Below are positions 1 through 11,163 of a stretch of DNA of 64,000 bases, in pieces (position 1 is the first letter of the stretch; each line of letters opens with the position of its first letter). This DNA comes from Pseudomonadota bacterium (GTDB lineage Bacteria; Myxococcota; JACRCW01; JAFGSX01), in contig JBDRCO010000037.1 in the NCBI GenBank assembly GCA_043821645.1, positions 1 to 64,000 of the forward strand. Reading direction: 5' to 3'. Both the position numbers and the translations under genes were made by a program. The notes beneath the pieces are model-generated. The model searched no databases. It saw only the letters and a program-made list of their open reading frames with translations, and was not told the origin of the DNA.

Positions 1-450
1 CTCCTGCTCATCCCGTCGACAGCGGCGGGTGTGGCTTTGCTCGTGCTCGTCCTTGCCGTGACCGGGCTTGCGCTGGGTCTGGGTATGCCCCTGCGCACCC
101 AGCTGGATGAAGCCAGTCGACACCTGGCCGATCGTGCCGCCCTGGGCCTGGGGCTCACCCTTCTTGTCGTCCTGGGCCTCGGCTTGCGGCTGGAGCCCAC
201 TGCGCACCTGGCCGGCGGGGACATGCCGGTGCTGCGCGCGCTTGCCACGGTGCTGTCGAGTCTGGGTCTCGCGGGTCTGGGCAGCGCCCTGGTCTTCGGC
301 GCAGTGGCGCGGGCCCATCGATTGCCCTCGGCTCTACCGGTGCAACAGATGGAGGGCGATTCGGCCGGGCGGCGGCGCCTGAACAATTCTGTGCGTGCGC
401 TGCACACGGTGCAGGACGCGGTGCAGAAGCTCGAGCACACCCATGCCTAG
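1..450 (+). CDS. Membrane protein, 5'-truncated by the window; ends at an in-frame TAG and may be the N-terminal half of a gene continuing to 1191
   Basis: Frame is open from base 1 (LLLIPSTAAGVALLVLV...); about 3 hydrophobic segments; the same frame continues with coding-like codons after TAG 448-450. Confidence 0.6.
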   Translation, partial: LLLIPSTAAGVALLVLVLAVTGLALGLGMPLRTQLDEASRHLADRAALGLGLTLLVVLGLGLRLEPTAHLAGGDMPVLRALATVLSSLGLAGLGSALVFGAVARAHRLPSALPVQQMEGDSAGRRRLNNSVRALHTVQDAVQKLEHTHA

Positions 451-486
451 GCCAGCGCGCACGCCCGCGACGAGAAGGACCCCGCG

Positions 487-1191
487 GTGGTTCGCAGCTA
501 TACCCAGACTGCCGAGGTCATCGCGGGCAAGCTGGAGACCGCGCGCACGCTGGTGAGCACCGCCACCCGCGCTGTGCTGCGACTGTCCTGCCAGACGGCG
601 CTGCAGGACGTGCTGGAGCGGCGCCCGGATGGGGTCATCGCGGAGGTCAGCCAGCAGGCTCCAGGTGGTGCGGCAGCGGATCGCGTGCTGCAGTGTGCCC
701 TGGCCGAGCTCAGCAGGTACATCGATCGTCTACAGGCGGCGCAGTGCAAGGTCAGGGACGAGTTCACCGGCGGCACCGGAAGCGTGGCCCGGGAGTTCGG
801 TACTGTTGCCGGCGACGAGGTGCATGCCATTGCCCAGGCCATCGACGAGATGCTTGGCTCCTACCAGCGCGCTTGGCACCAGTTGCAGGCCCTGGATCTT
901 CGGCGTCAAGCAGATCGGGGTGCGAGCAGAGCGGTGGCCGCGGCCTCGTCCCTGAGCGCCCAGGGTTCGCAGGCACCGGAACATCACGTGACCCGGGCGC
1001 TGGCCCTGGAGATCGTCAGCACCGAGGCCGCGGCCGAGCGCGCCCTGTCCCTGGCACAGGACAGCGGAGGGGACCTCGGTGAGGCCGTGCAGAAGGCGTC
1101 GGCCTTGCTGGACGGCGACGATGAGGAACTGCGCGATGTCCTGCGTTCGATGCGAGAGGTCAGCGAACAGCTGGGTCGAGAGCGCGGGTGA
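487..1191 (+). CDS. Hypothetical alpha-helical protein (same frame as the upstream ORF)
   Basis: 234-aa ORF with high-GC3 codons; GAGAAGGA shortly before GTG 487. Confidence 0.55.
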   Translation: MVRSYTQTAEVIAGKLETARTLVSTATRAVLRLSCQTALQDVLERRPDGVIAEVSQQAPGGAAADRVLQCALAELSRYIDRLQAAQCKVRDEFTGGTGSVAREFGTVAGDEVHAIAQAIDEMLGSYQRAWHQLQALDLRRQADRGASRAVAAASSLSAQGSQAPEHHVTRALALEIVSTEAAAERALSLAQDSGGDLGEAVQKASALLDGDDEELRDVLRSMREVSEQLGRERG

Positions 1192-1203
1192 TGCGGGTCG
1201 TGG

Positions 1204-1698
1204 CTACAGCCCGGCCACGATCTTCCAGGTCTCGCCCTCGCGCTTGAGTCGCATCTTGTTGACGTCGGTCTTGGTGATCCACTGCTCGCTGGCCGGGAAG
1301 GAGACCTGGGCGCGGGTCTGGTAGCGGTACAGCACCACGGCCGTGTCGTCCTTGATCTCGATGGTCTTGAGGTGCAGGTCAAGGCGCACGACCTTGCTTC
1401 GCTCGAAGTCGTCCTTGAGGTTCTGGGCCAGCTGCTCGTAGCCGTAGTCATCCCCGGGATCCTCGGTACCGGCGGTCTCGAAGTAGTCCTTCGACACCGT
1501 CTTCATCACCGCCTCGGCGTTTCGGTCCTGCATCCCCTTGTGGTAGGTCACGATGACGTCGTAGATGGCGCGATTCTCCTCGGACTCTTCGATCTCGGTG
1601 CCCGGGAGCAGCGCAGGTTTGCAGGCGGCCAGCCCCATCAGGATGAGCCCCAGGGTGCAGGCAAACATGCGGATTCGAAGCAGCTGAGCTTTGGTCAT
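1204..1698 (-). CDS. Lipoprotein with an NTF2/SnoaL-like (DUF4440-like) fold
   Basis: Lipobox LAAC; GGAG RBS before ATG 1698; ends MRLKREGETWKIVAGL, a typical NTF2-like terminal strand. Confidence 0.7.
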   Translation of the reverse strand: MTKAQLLRIRMFACTLGLILMGLAACKPALLPGTEIEESEENRAIYDVIVTYHKGMQDRNAEAVMKTVSKDYFETAGTEDPGDDYGYEQLAQNLKDDFERSKVVRLDLHLKTIEIKDDTAVVLYRYQTRAQVSFPASEQWITKTDVNKMRLKREGETWKIVAGL

Positions 1699-1762
1699 GC
1701 CATGTCTCCAGTGAGCGGCGCGACGCGCAGGTCGTGCTCGCTGAACTCTCCGCGCTGGGTTG

Positions 1763-4108
1763 TTATTCCAATCCCAGCTCCTCGATGGTGATCGGGACGT
1801 CGCGCCCGTGCTCGAAGCGAATACGTTCTGCCAGGTCGCGAACCTGCCTTGCATAGGGAGGCAGGGCCAGCGACTCGACCAGCGCCAGGTCTTCCTGGGC
1901 ACCATCCAGGTCGTCGGCGAGGTAACGGGCCATGGCGCGCTGCTCCAGGGCGGCCACGCGGAGCTCGAGTTCGACCCCGGGCAGGGCCAGGCTCTCGTCG
2001 AGCAGGGCTGCAGCCCGTGCCGGGTCCGGAAGCAGCAACTGGCGCGCGATCAGGTAGCTGATCAGGCCGCGCAGGGACTGCGCTGCAGGGTGGGTCGAGG
2101 CGACCAGGGCCTCGCGGACCTGGGCCAGGGCGATCAGGTCGGAGCGAGAGCCGGCGCGTTGTGGACCCTTGCCCGCGAGATAGGCGAGCACGCCACGCGC
2201 GGCATCGCGGACTGTGGTGTCGTCGACGCCGACCCAGTCGCAGACCAGCTGGCGGACCAGCAGGTTGCGGCGCTGTGCCGAGTTCAGGGCTTGCAGGATC
2301 AGGTCCCGGTAGGACGCGCAGGCCGTCTTCTCGTCGTCCGCGCGCAGCGCAAGGTCGCCGCGAATGCGTTCGAGCTCCTGACGCTCCACGGCGGTCAGGT
2401 TGCCCGCGGCACGCAGCCACTCGCTGGCTTCCTGCACCCAGGCCGGCTCGTCGAGCTCCTGGCCCAGACCAAGCAGACGCTGTGCCGTCTCGATGTCGTC
2501 AGGCTCGTCGTCATGCAAGCTGCGGAGCATGTTCACGGCTCTCTGTCGCTGTCCCAGGCGAAGGGAGGCGTCGATCTCGTTGTAGCGATCGCGCCGGCTG
2601 TGCACGCAGCGTCGCTCGAGCAGCGAGCTGCGCTCGAAGCGTCGACGGGTCAGGGCCAGGGCCTGGGCACTCGCGGGCTGCTTGTCGAGCCAGGAACCAT
2701 AGTTTTGTTGCAGGGCCTCGAGCGTGATGTCGCCGAGAGTCTCGACGTCACCGCTGCGGTAGAACTCTCGCACCCGCCCCATCCCGTACACCTCGAGGAG
2801 GTAGCGGAACAGGCCGCCGCCGGCGACATAGCCGCGTGCAGGCGCCTCGCTGCCAAAGGCCGTCAGGCTGAGCAGGGTGTCGATCTCGGGCAGACGTTCC
2901 AGGGACTTGAGCGCTCGCACCTCGTCGAGCAGGGGTAGCTCGTCCACGTCGGGCTCGAGGGCCACAGCCAGGCCCTCGATCAGACCCGGGCGGATGAGCA
3001 CACCAAGCCGCGACGACACGCGCAGGGGACCGGTGCCCATGGTCGAGGCCAGCACGTGCACCAGTTCGTGTGCCAGCACGGGATGCGGGAAAGCCGAGGC
3101 ATTTATGTGCATCTCGAGTTGCCAGGGACGTGCCAGCTGGGTCCCGGCCGCGCCCATCAACTCGGCCTTTCGCTCCGCCGAGGGGTAGACGTAGGACCGG
3201 ATGGTCCCCTGTGGCACCACGCCGAGCCGCTGGCGAAGCTGGTCGTACCGGAACTCGTGGTCGCGAGCCAGACGGCGCAGATCCTCATCGGAGGTGCGGC
3301 GGTCGACCAGGATCTCGAAGTGCGCGGTGGTGGCCTTTTTGCCCAGGGCCCTTTCGATGGTCTCGCGGCGTGGGTGCAGGTTGTCGTCCCAGCTCCAGGA
3401 CAGGGCTCCTGCGGTCAGCAAGCACAGCGCGGCCCAGCCCGGCGCGCGACGCGGTGCGGTGTCGCGGCGGGGAACGAGGGCGCGGGCCAGGAACAACCCG
3501 CCCAGAGCCCATAGCCAGGTGAGGACGCGGAACTGCAGCAGGCGCCCGTCGACGCCCGCCACCTCGTCGTAGAGCATGCCGTAGTAGGCACCCCAGAAGT
3601 GATTGAAGAAGAAGGTTGGTGGCTCACGGTACAGGCGCAGCAAGGTGAGGGCCCCTGACACCAGCACCACCAGCACCGCGGCCACCGCCGTCAGCCAGGG
3701 TGAGCGCAGCACCTTGCCCAGCAGGGCCACCAGGGCCAGCCCGAGCATGGCCGAGGCCGGAGGTCCAAGGGCATACAGGATGAGCGAGGTGCGGGCATCG
3801 CACGTGGGCAAGAGGATGAACACCAGGCCCGTGACCAGAGGGGGCACGGCCGTGGGCAATACCACAGCGACCACGCTCTCGGTGAGAACCCGCGGGTCAT
3901 GGCCGATGAGATGTCCGCCGGCGGCCACCGCGGCCAGAGGAGCCAGCAGGGCGGTCACCAGGCACAGGACGAAGACGTACTCCTGGGTCACGCTGCGTCC
4001 CACGGGGAACACAGCCAGGATCAGCGCAGCGACGAGGTACACCCCGGCCATGCCAAACAGCGCGGCCACCGGATGCGTTCGCGGTTGTAACGTGGACAGC
4101 ATCTTCAC
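1763..4108 (-). CDS. Multi-pass membrane protein with a gluzincin/peptidase MA-like domain and a helical (TPR-like) C-terminus
   Basis: About 7 N-terminal TM segments; HELVH motif followed by GLIEGLA (third zinc ligand). Confidence 0.65.
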   Translation of the reverse strand: MKMLSTLQPRTHPVAALFGMAGVYLVAALILAVFPVGRSVTQEYVFVLCLVTALLAPLAAVAAGGHLIGHDPRVLTESVVAVVLPTAVPPLVTGLVFILLPTCDARTSLILYALGPPASAMLGLALVALLGKVLRSPWLTAVAAVLVVLVSGALTLLRLYREPPTFFFNHFWGAYYGMLYDEVAGVDGRLLQFRVLTWLWALGGLFLARALVPRRDTAPRRAPGWAALCLLTAGALSWSWDDNLHPRRETIERALGKKATTAHFEILVDRRTSDEDLRRLARDHEFRYDQLRQRLGVVPQGTIRSYVYPSAERKAELMGAAGTQLARPWQLEMHINASAFPHPVLAHELVHVLASTMGTGPLRVSSRLGVLIRPGLIEGLAVALEPDVDELPLLDEVRALKSLERLPEIDTLLSLTAFGSEAPARGYVAGGGLFRYLLEVYGMGRVREFYRSGDVETLGDITLEALQQNYGSWLDKQPASAQALALTRRRFERSSLLERRCVHSRRDRYNEIDASLRLGQRQRAVNMLRSLHDDEPDDIETAQRLLGLGQELDEPAWVQEASEWLRAAGNLTAVERQELERIRGDLALRADDEKTACASYRDLILQALNSAQRRNLLVRQLVCDWVGVDDTTVRDAARGVLAYLAGKGPQRAGSRSDLIALAQVREALVASTHPAAQSLRGLISYLIARQLLLPDPARAAALLDESLALPGVELELRVAALEQRAMARYLADDLDGAQEDLALVESLALPPYARQVRDLAERIRFEHGRDVPITIEELGLE

Positions 4109-4114
4109 TCGACG

Positions 4115-4143
4115 TTGACGCTCCCCTTAAGCCTGGCTAGAGT
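4115..4143 (+). promoter_or_regulatory. Sigma70-like promoter for the PilZ gene
   Basis: TTGACG (4115-4120), 17-nt spacer, TAGAGT (4138-4143) in an AT-rich divergent gap. Confidence 0.5.
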
Positions 4144-4190
4144 CAAGCGCAAGGTTTAAAAAATAGTCCTTTTCTCGACGGGGAGCACGC

Positions 4191-4607
4191 ATGGCAGCGA
4201 CGGATGGAAACGACGAAGGGGTGAAGCGGCGAAAGCACCCGCGTGCGCCCATCGAGCTCAAGGTCGAGTACCGGAAGATGAATACCTTCTTCTCGGACTT
4301 CACCAAGAACATCAGCAAGGGTGGAACCTTCATCAAGACCGAGCGGCCGCTGCCCGTGGGCACCGAATTCGTGTTCAAGCTCTTCGTACCCGCGCGAGAC
4401 AAGCCATTCGAACTCAAGGGTCGCGTGGTCTGGCACAACACCCTGGAGAAGAAGCAGCGGCCCGAGGTCGACCAGATCGGCATGGGTATTCGATTCGTGT
4501 ACGAAGATCCCTCGGCGCGTACCGTCTTCGAGAGCACGGTCGAAGATCTCATGCGAGACTCGCTGGGTGACCGCATCTACCACAAGCTGCTTGGAGAGGA
4601 CGCCTGA
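4191..4607 (+). CDS. Stand-alone PilZ domain protein (TIGR02266-like)
   Basis: RRKHPR (RxxxR) and NISKGG (D/NxSxxG) c-di-GMP motifs; GMGIRF; GGGGAG RBS. Confidence 0.9.
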   Translation: MAATDGNDEGVKRRKHPRAPIELKVEYRKMNTFFSDFTKNISKGGTFIKTERPLPVGTEFVFKLFVPARDKPFELKGRVVWHNTLEKKQRPEVDQIGMGIRFVYEDPSARTVFESTVEDLMRDSLGDRIYHKLLGEDA

Positions 4608-4909
4608 ACTGATTCCTGGTCTGCGCATCGCGTGAAGCTGTCATCCCAGTCTCGCACCCTTCCTGGCCCGCGCAGGTGATTCTGATCGCGTCGGTCCTGC
4701 GCTCTCCCCGGCAAGGTCACCGCTGTCTGCCAAGCCCCTCGCGCCGGGCACACCAGCTCGACGTGCCTGGGTGCGCACCCTGGAATCACCCTGTGGCAGG
4801 CGAACGCGAGGGCACATCGTGCGTGTGACTGGCCCCGGGCACACCAGGGCGCTACCTCATTGACTGGGCCGGCCGAGTGTCTTCGCGAGCCGACCCGGGG
4901 GGCAATGTC

Positions 4910-5518
4910 ATGAGTCACGCAGTCTCTGCTCCGGTCACCAGTGTTCGTGTTCACAACGCCCATGGCGTCAAGCTGGTGCGTCACGACATGACCGTGTCCG
5001 ATCGCGCTTTTCTGCCCGAGTCCATGCGTGGTCTTGGGGTCACCTTCGGTCACCTGTTCTCCAATCTGCTGCGACTGGCGACTTGCCACAGCATCGAGAC
5101 CGTCTCCTACCCAGAGCAGAAGCGGCCCTACCCGCTGCGTTTTCGCGGCATGCACCGCCTGCTCCGGCGCGACGACGGTACACCGCGCTGCGTGGCCTGC
5201 TTCATGTGCTCCACGGCCTGCCCCGCGAAGTGCATCACCATCGTCGCGACAGAGCGCACCGGCTCGACCGAGAAGCGGCCCTTGAAGTTCGAGATCGATG
5301 AGATGCTGTGCGTGGACTGTGGCCTGTGCGTCGAGGCATGCCCCTGCGACGCGATCCGCATGGACACCGGTATTCATCCCGCACCGACCCTGACCCGCGA
5401 GGAGGCAGTGTTCGATCTGCCGCGGCTGCTCGCGATGAGCGGCCAGCCTGATGGCGAGATTCCCAGGACCGCACGCACGCTGGAGAGCTTGCAGGGCGCA
5501 GACCGCGAGCAGAGCTAA
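4910..5518 (+). CDS. nuoI: NADH-quinone oxidoreductase subunit I-like 2x[4Fe-4S] protein
   Basis: TVSYPEQKR..RFRGMHRL; CVACFMCSTACP and CVDCGLCVEACPCDAI. Confidence 0.8.
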   Translation: MSHAVSAPVTSVRVHNAHGVKLVRHDMTVSDRAFLPESMRGLGVTFGHLFSNLLRLATCHSIETVSYPEQKRPYPLRFRGMHRLLRRDDGTPRCVACFMCSTACPAKCITIVATERTGSTEKRPLKFEIDEMLCVDCGLCVEACPCDAIRMDTGIHPAPTLTREEAVFDLPRLLAMSGQPDGEIPRTARTLESLQGADREQS

Positions 5519-5570
5519 GAAAGGTACCCGCGCCGACAGGGCGTGCCCGGGCTGAGCGTCGGGCGAGAGT

Positions 5571-6056
5571 TCAGAAACACGAGGCCTGGTCGAGGGCCAC
5601 CCGCCAGTAGAAGTAGTCGAACCGAGCGCCCTCGAGAAAGTCCAGGTACGCCTGCGATCCGGGACTGGCGAACTCGGTCACCAGCACCTCGACGATGTGC
5701 GTGGCCGTGGGGCTGACGCCTTCGATCCAGGCTCGCGGTACCAGGGCCGGGCTCGCCTCTCGCACAGGCTGCTGGGTCGAGAAGGTCTCTTGGAAGAATG
5801 GGCGCGAGTTCACCGACCCGGTGTCCGGATTAAAATCGAAGTACCAGTAAATAAAGGTGTCGTCCCCAGCGTCGGGCTCCGCGATGAAGATCCTGAACTC
5901 CTGCTCCAGCCCTTGACTGCTGCAGCGTGCAAACAGGATCTGGTTGCCCGTCACCGGTGGGTGGACCCGGTTCTCCTGGATCTTGGGAAAGGTGCTCATG
6001 GCCTGGCCGCACGAGAAGAGGAACAGGGTGGTGGCCAGGATCGTGGGTGTCTTCAT
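5571..6056 (-). CDS. Hypothetical lipoprotein
   Basis: Signal peptide MKTPTILATTLFLFSC with lipobox; directly downstream of ffh. Confidence 0.6.
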   Translation of the reverse strand: MKTPTILATTLFLFSCGQAMSTFPKIQENRVHPPVTGNQILFARCSSQGLEQEFRIFIAEPDAGDDTFIYWYFDFNPDTGSVNSRPFFQETFSTQQPVREASPALVPRAWIEGVSPTATHIVEVLVTEFASPGSQAYLDFLEGARFDYFYWRVALDQASCF

Positions 6057-6082
6057 GGTTCGCGCGCTGCACGTTCGTCGAG

Positions 6083-7645
<1,563 letters not shown>

Positions 7646-7775
7646 GGCGTTCCTCGCGTGAAGGGAGCTTGATAGCCCACGGCTGCAGGGGCGGCAAGCG
7701 CCGCGCTCCAGGCTCCCCGTCGCCAGGCTGCGGTCCTGGTTGACACTGCCCCGTCGTCACGGCGACGATGCTCCC

Positions 7776-8240
7776 ATGTTCGGACCCACTCCCGATGGAG
7801 ACAGACGACGCCTGCTGACCGCGGGTGTGGCAGGGCTGGTGCTAGCCGCCAGTGGCATGGTGGTCGGCGCCCTGCGCCTGGCCCTGGGGCGGTCACAGCG
7901 CCGGCGCTGGGTGCCGGTGGGACGGGTCGGCGAGTTCGTACCGGGCACCTGGCGGCTCATCGAGCAGGTGCCGGCTTATGTCGTGGTGAGCGCGGCCGGT
8001 GTGGCCGCGGTGAGCGCCCGCTGTACCCACCTGGGCTGCACGGTCCGGCGCCAGGGCGATGGATTCCTGTGCCCCTGTCATGGGAGCCGCTTTGGACTCG
8101 ACGGCGAGGCGCTCAACCCGCCGGCGCGTGCCCCCTTGCCCTGGCTGCGTGTCGAGATCGATGGGGAGCGCGTGTTCGTGCTGCCCGACGTCACGGTGGT
8201 CAGCGGGACCTTCACCGCGGTGGGAGGCGCCGGTGTCTGA
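7776..8240 (+). CDS. Rieske [2Fe-2S] subunit of a Rieske/cytochrome b complex
   Basis: CTHLGC and CPCHGSRF boxes; Tat-like DRRRLL followed by a TM helix. Confidence 0.9.
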   Translation: MFGPTPDGDRRRLLTAGVAGLVLAASGMVVGALRLALGRSQRRRWVPVGRVGEFVPGTWRLIEQVPAYVVVSAAGVAAVSARCTHLGCTVRRQGDGFLCPCHGSRFGLDGEALNPPARAPLPWLRVEIDGERVFVLPDVTVVSGTFTAVGGAGV

Positions 8241-8901
8241 GCCCCGCTCGGGTCGCGCCCTGCGATCGGGCCGCAGCTTCTGGCTGCACCTGCACCCGCC
8301 GCGTGTGCACGCCGACACGCTCCGCCCGACCACGACCCTTGGCCTGGGTGTGCTGGCCGTGACCTTGCTTGCACTCCTCGTCGTCACCGGCGTCGTGCTC
8401 ATGCTGCTGTACACGCCGAGCCCCGAGCGGGCCCACGGTGACCTGCGCGACATCGCCTATGCCGTGCCCTTTGGCCGACTGCTGCGCAACGTGCACCGCC
8501 TGGCGACTCACGGCCTGGTGGTGGTGGTGGCTCTGCACATGCTTCGCGTGCTGCTGGTGGCGGCCTACCGCGGCCGGCGCTGGCTCAACTGGCTGGTCGG
8601 CCTGGGTCTCCTCGGAACCACGCTGGGGCTGGCCTTCACCGGCTACCTGCTGCCCTGGGATCAGACCGCGTACTGGGCCTGTACCGTCGGCGCGGACATG
8701 ATGGGCTTGCTGCCGGGGATAGGACCTGCGCTGCGGAGTGCCTTCCTGGCCGGTGACGAGGTCAGCGCGCGATCACTGCTGCGCTTCTACGTGCTGCACG
8801 TGGGTGTGTTGCCCGGGCTGGGTCTGGGTCTGGTGGTCTATCACCTTTGGCGTGTGCGCAAGGATGGCGGACTGGCGCTTCACGGCGAGGACCGGTCATG
8901 A
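8233..8901 (+). CDS. Cytochrome b N-terminal part (cytochrome b6-like)
   Basis: RNVHRLATH..LHMLRV, FTGYLLPWDQTAYW, RFYVLH..YHLW; GGAGG RBS; overlaps the Rieske stop. Confidence 0.92.
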   Translation: MSEPRSGRALRSGRSFWLHLHPPRVHADTLRPTTTLGLGVLAVTLLALLVVTGVVLMLLYTPSPERAHGDLRDIAYAVPFGRLLRNVHRLATHGLVVVVALHMLRVLLVAAYRGRRWLNWLVGLGLLGTTLGLAFTGYLLPWDQTAYWACTVGADMMGLLPGIGPALRSAFLAGDEVSARSLLRFYVLHVGVLPGLGLGLVVYHLWRVRKDGGLALHGEDRS

Positions 8902-9683
8902 GCCGCAAGAAGCGACGCTCCGCCACGGTCTCGTCGTCACCGCCGCACGAAGGCGGCGACAGCCTGTCCGGCACAGGCCTCCCCGACCTCGTTGCCGGGC
9001 CAGAAGTCTCGCAGGCGGTAAGTGGCGATCCTCACCCTCTGCCTCCGAAGCTCGACGGCAAAGAAGCTCCCGTTCGTGGCCTGGTGGAATCCTGGCCCTC
9101 GCTGGTGGTGCGCGAGGCCACCCTGGTGGTGGCGGCGCTGGCCCTGCTCACATTCTTGGCCTTGCTGTTCGATGCGCCCCTCGCGGACCTGGCCACGCCC
9201 GCCCAGCCCGACAATCCCGAGAAGGCTCCCTGGTACTTCGTGGGCATGCAGGAAATGGTCAGCTATTCGGCCACGTCGGGAGTCTTGCTGTTTCCGGGCG
9301 CTTTGCTGGTGGCCCTGCTGCTATTGCCCATGCTTGAGCGCCGCGGTTCGAGGACAGGGCGATGGTTTGCGGACAGTGGCGGCGTGTCATTCGGGCTCGC
9401 ACTGTTGCTAGGACTGGCGAGCTCCAGCCTGGGTCTGCTGGCGTGGGAACAGGACCTGACGCGCCCGGGTGTGCTGGACCCGGCGCTGCTCACGGTGCTG
9501 ACCGGCCTCGTCGCCAGCGGCGCGGTGGGGCTGCTGCAGCGTCGCTGGCACGCCGCCCTGAGCGTGCTGATGGGTGTGCTGCTGGCCGCCTACCTGGTGT
9601 TCACCGTCGTGGGAGTGCTGTGTCGAGGCCCCTCGTGGCAGTTCTTCTGGCCCTGGCAACCGTGGACAGGAGGCGCCGGATGA
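8898..9683 (+). CDS. Cytochrome b subunit IV-like protein
   Basis: FDAPL..PDNPEKAPWYFVGMQEM (APWY variant of PEWY); multiple TM segments; ATGA overlap. Confidence 0.85.
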   Translation: MSRKKRRSATVSSSPPHEGGDSLSGTGLPDLVAGPEVSQAVSGDPHPLPPKLDGKEAPVRGLVESWPSLVVREATLVVAALALLTFLALLFDAPLADLATPAQPDNPEKAPWYFVGMQEMVSYSATSGVLLFPGALLVALLLLPMLERRGSRTGRWFADSGGVSFGLALLLGLASSSLGLLAWEQDLTRPGVLDPALLTVLTGLVASGAVGLLQRRWHAALSVLMGVLLAAYLVFTVVGVLCRGPSWQFFWPWQPWTGGAG

Positions 9684-10603
9684 GTCGCGCCTGGAACACG
9701 GGTTTTGCCCTGGCCTGCGCAGGCCTAGTGGTTGCGGTGGCCCTGGCCTGGGTGACCGAGGCGCGGCGCCCGTGGCATGGATCCGAGGCCCAGAGCGGGT
9801 CGAGTGCGCCAGGTGTCGTCGAGCTTGTGGGTATCGCAGGTGTGGAGCGCTGCCAGACCTGCCATGCCGTTTCCGACGACGGCGTGGACCATGCCCATGC
9901 CACGCTTCGCTCCTCACATCCGGCTCGCGTGCAGGGCTGTGTGGCGTGCCACGGTGGCGAGGGGCGAGCCCTGGATGCCGAGCACGCCCATGCCAGGGCA
10001 GGGCGCCATCGCCTGCTGCCCGCAGAGCAACGGGCCGCGCGCTGCGTGCTGTGTCACGTGCCGGGCAGCGTCGATGGGACTCACGACGTCGTGCGCGGCT
10101 TTCAGGCCATGGCGGATCTCGGCTGTCTGAGCTGTCACCGTCTTCGTGACCTGCGGCAAGCCGCGGATCAGCAGGGCGGCTACGGACCCGACCTCGACGA
10201 CGTGGGGCGGCTGGAACCCGCACGGCTGCGCCAGATGCTGCACGAACCCAAACATGCATTTGGCTCCACCACGGACATGCCCTCGTTCGGCGGTCTGCTC
10301 GACGCCCAGCCAGCGATCGAACGCGCCCTGCTCACGGCCCTGGCCAGTCTGCGCGCAGATCTGCCGAGGCCACGTGCCCGCGGCGATGCCCAACGTGCCT
10401 GCGCAGGCTGCCACGCCAGCCGACCCGCGCGTGGTCTCACCGCGCATGGCTGCGTCTGGATCCTCGAGCGTCGGGACGCGCTGCGGTGCGAGCGCTGTCA
10501 CGTCCATGCCTTGCCGCCAGGCAGCGCCAATGAGGGCCGTTGCCTGTACCTGGACGGTCAACGCAGCGTCTGTGGAGTATGCCACCAGGAGGCGCCGCGA
10601 TGA
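9680..10603 (+). CDS. Membrane-anchored heptaheme cytochrome c
   Basis: Seven CxxCH motifs: CQTCH, CVACH, CVLCH, CLSCH, CAGCH, CERCH, CGVCH; N-terminal TM; ATGA overlap. Confidence 0.88.
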   Translation: MSRAWNTGFALACAGLVVAVALAWVTEARRPWHGSEAQSGSSAPGVVELVGIAGVERCQTCHAVSDDGVDHAHATLRSSHPARVQGCVACHGGEGRALDAEHAHARAGRHRLLPAEQRAARCVLCHVPGSVDGTHDVVRGFQAMADLGCLSCHRLRDLRQAADQQGGYGPDLDDVGRLEPARLRQMLHEPKHAFGSTTDMPSFGGLLDAQPAIERALLTALASLRADLPRPRARGDAQRACAGCHASRPARGLTAHGCVWILERRDALRCERCHVHALPPGSANEGRCLYLDGQRSVCGVCHQEAPR

Positions 10604-11163
10604 CGGCGGACCGCCGCGAGTTTCTGGCCCAGCTGTCGCAGCTCACGGCTCTGGCCGCGGTGGGCACGAGCCTGCCTGGCTGCCGCCGTGTGGCCACCGC
10701 CGAAGCTCCGCCACTTGCCGTCGAGGGGGCCGCCCTGGAGACCCTGCGCGAGCTGGTCGACCACGTGCTTCCCGCCGACGAGGAGCCGGGTGCGCTGGCC
10801 GCGGGGTGCGCCGAGTTCATGTCGCGCGAGCTGGCCAAAACCCAGTTCGCGGTCCTGCGCAGCGTGGTCGAGCGTGGACTCACCCTGGTCGAGGCCGACC
10901 TCAAGAAGCGCGGCGTCTCCTCTCTGGCCGCTCTCGAGGTCCCTGCCCGCGACGAGGTCCTGCGCAGCGTCGAGCGCGCCCGCGTGCGGGGCTTTGATGG
11001 TCGACGCTTTGTCCACCTGCTGGTGGTGCTCACCCTCGAGGGCTTCCTGAGTGATCCCAGGCACGGCGGCAACCGGGGGGGGGTGGGCTGGCGCTTTGCC
11101 CGCTTCACCCCGGTGCGCTGGGGCCCCGACGACGACCGCGCCTGGCGCGAGGAGACACCGTGA
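10600..11163 (+). CDS. Gluconate 2-dehydrogenase subunit 3 (gamma) family protein with Tat signal
   Basis: DRREFL twin-arginine motif; TLEGFLSDPRHGGNRGGVGW signature. Confidence 0.85.
   Translation: MTADRREFLAQLSQLTALAAVGTSLPGCRRVATAEAPPLAVEGAALETLRELVDHVLPADEEPGALAAGCAEFMSRELAKTQFAVLRSVVERGLTLVEADLKKRGVSSLAALEVPARDEVLRSVERARVRGFDGRRFVHLLVVLTLEGFLSDPRHGGNRGGVGWRFARFTPVRWGPDDDRAWREETP

Noticed and set aside
2015-2040. SRP RNA-like motif (GTCCGGAAGCAGC)
   Set aside because: Lies inside a coding gene and lacks the full GGAAGGAAGCAGC motif and helix
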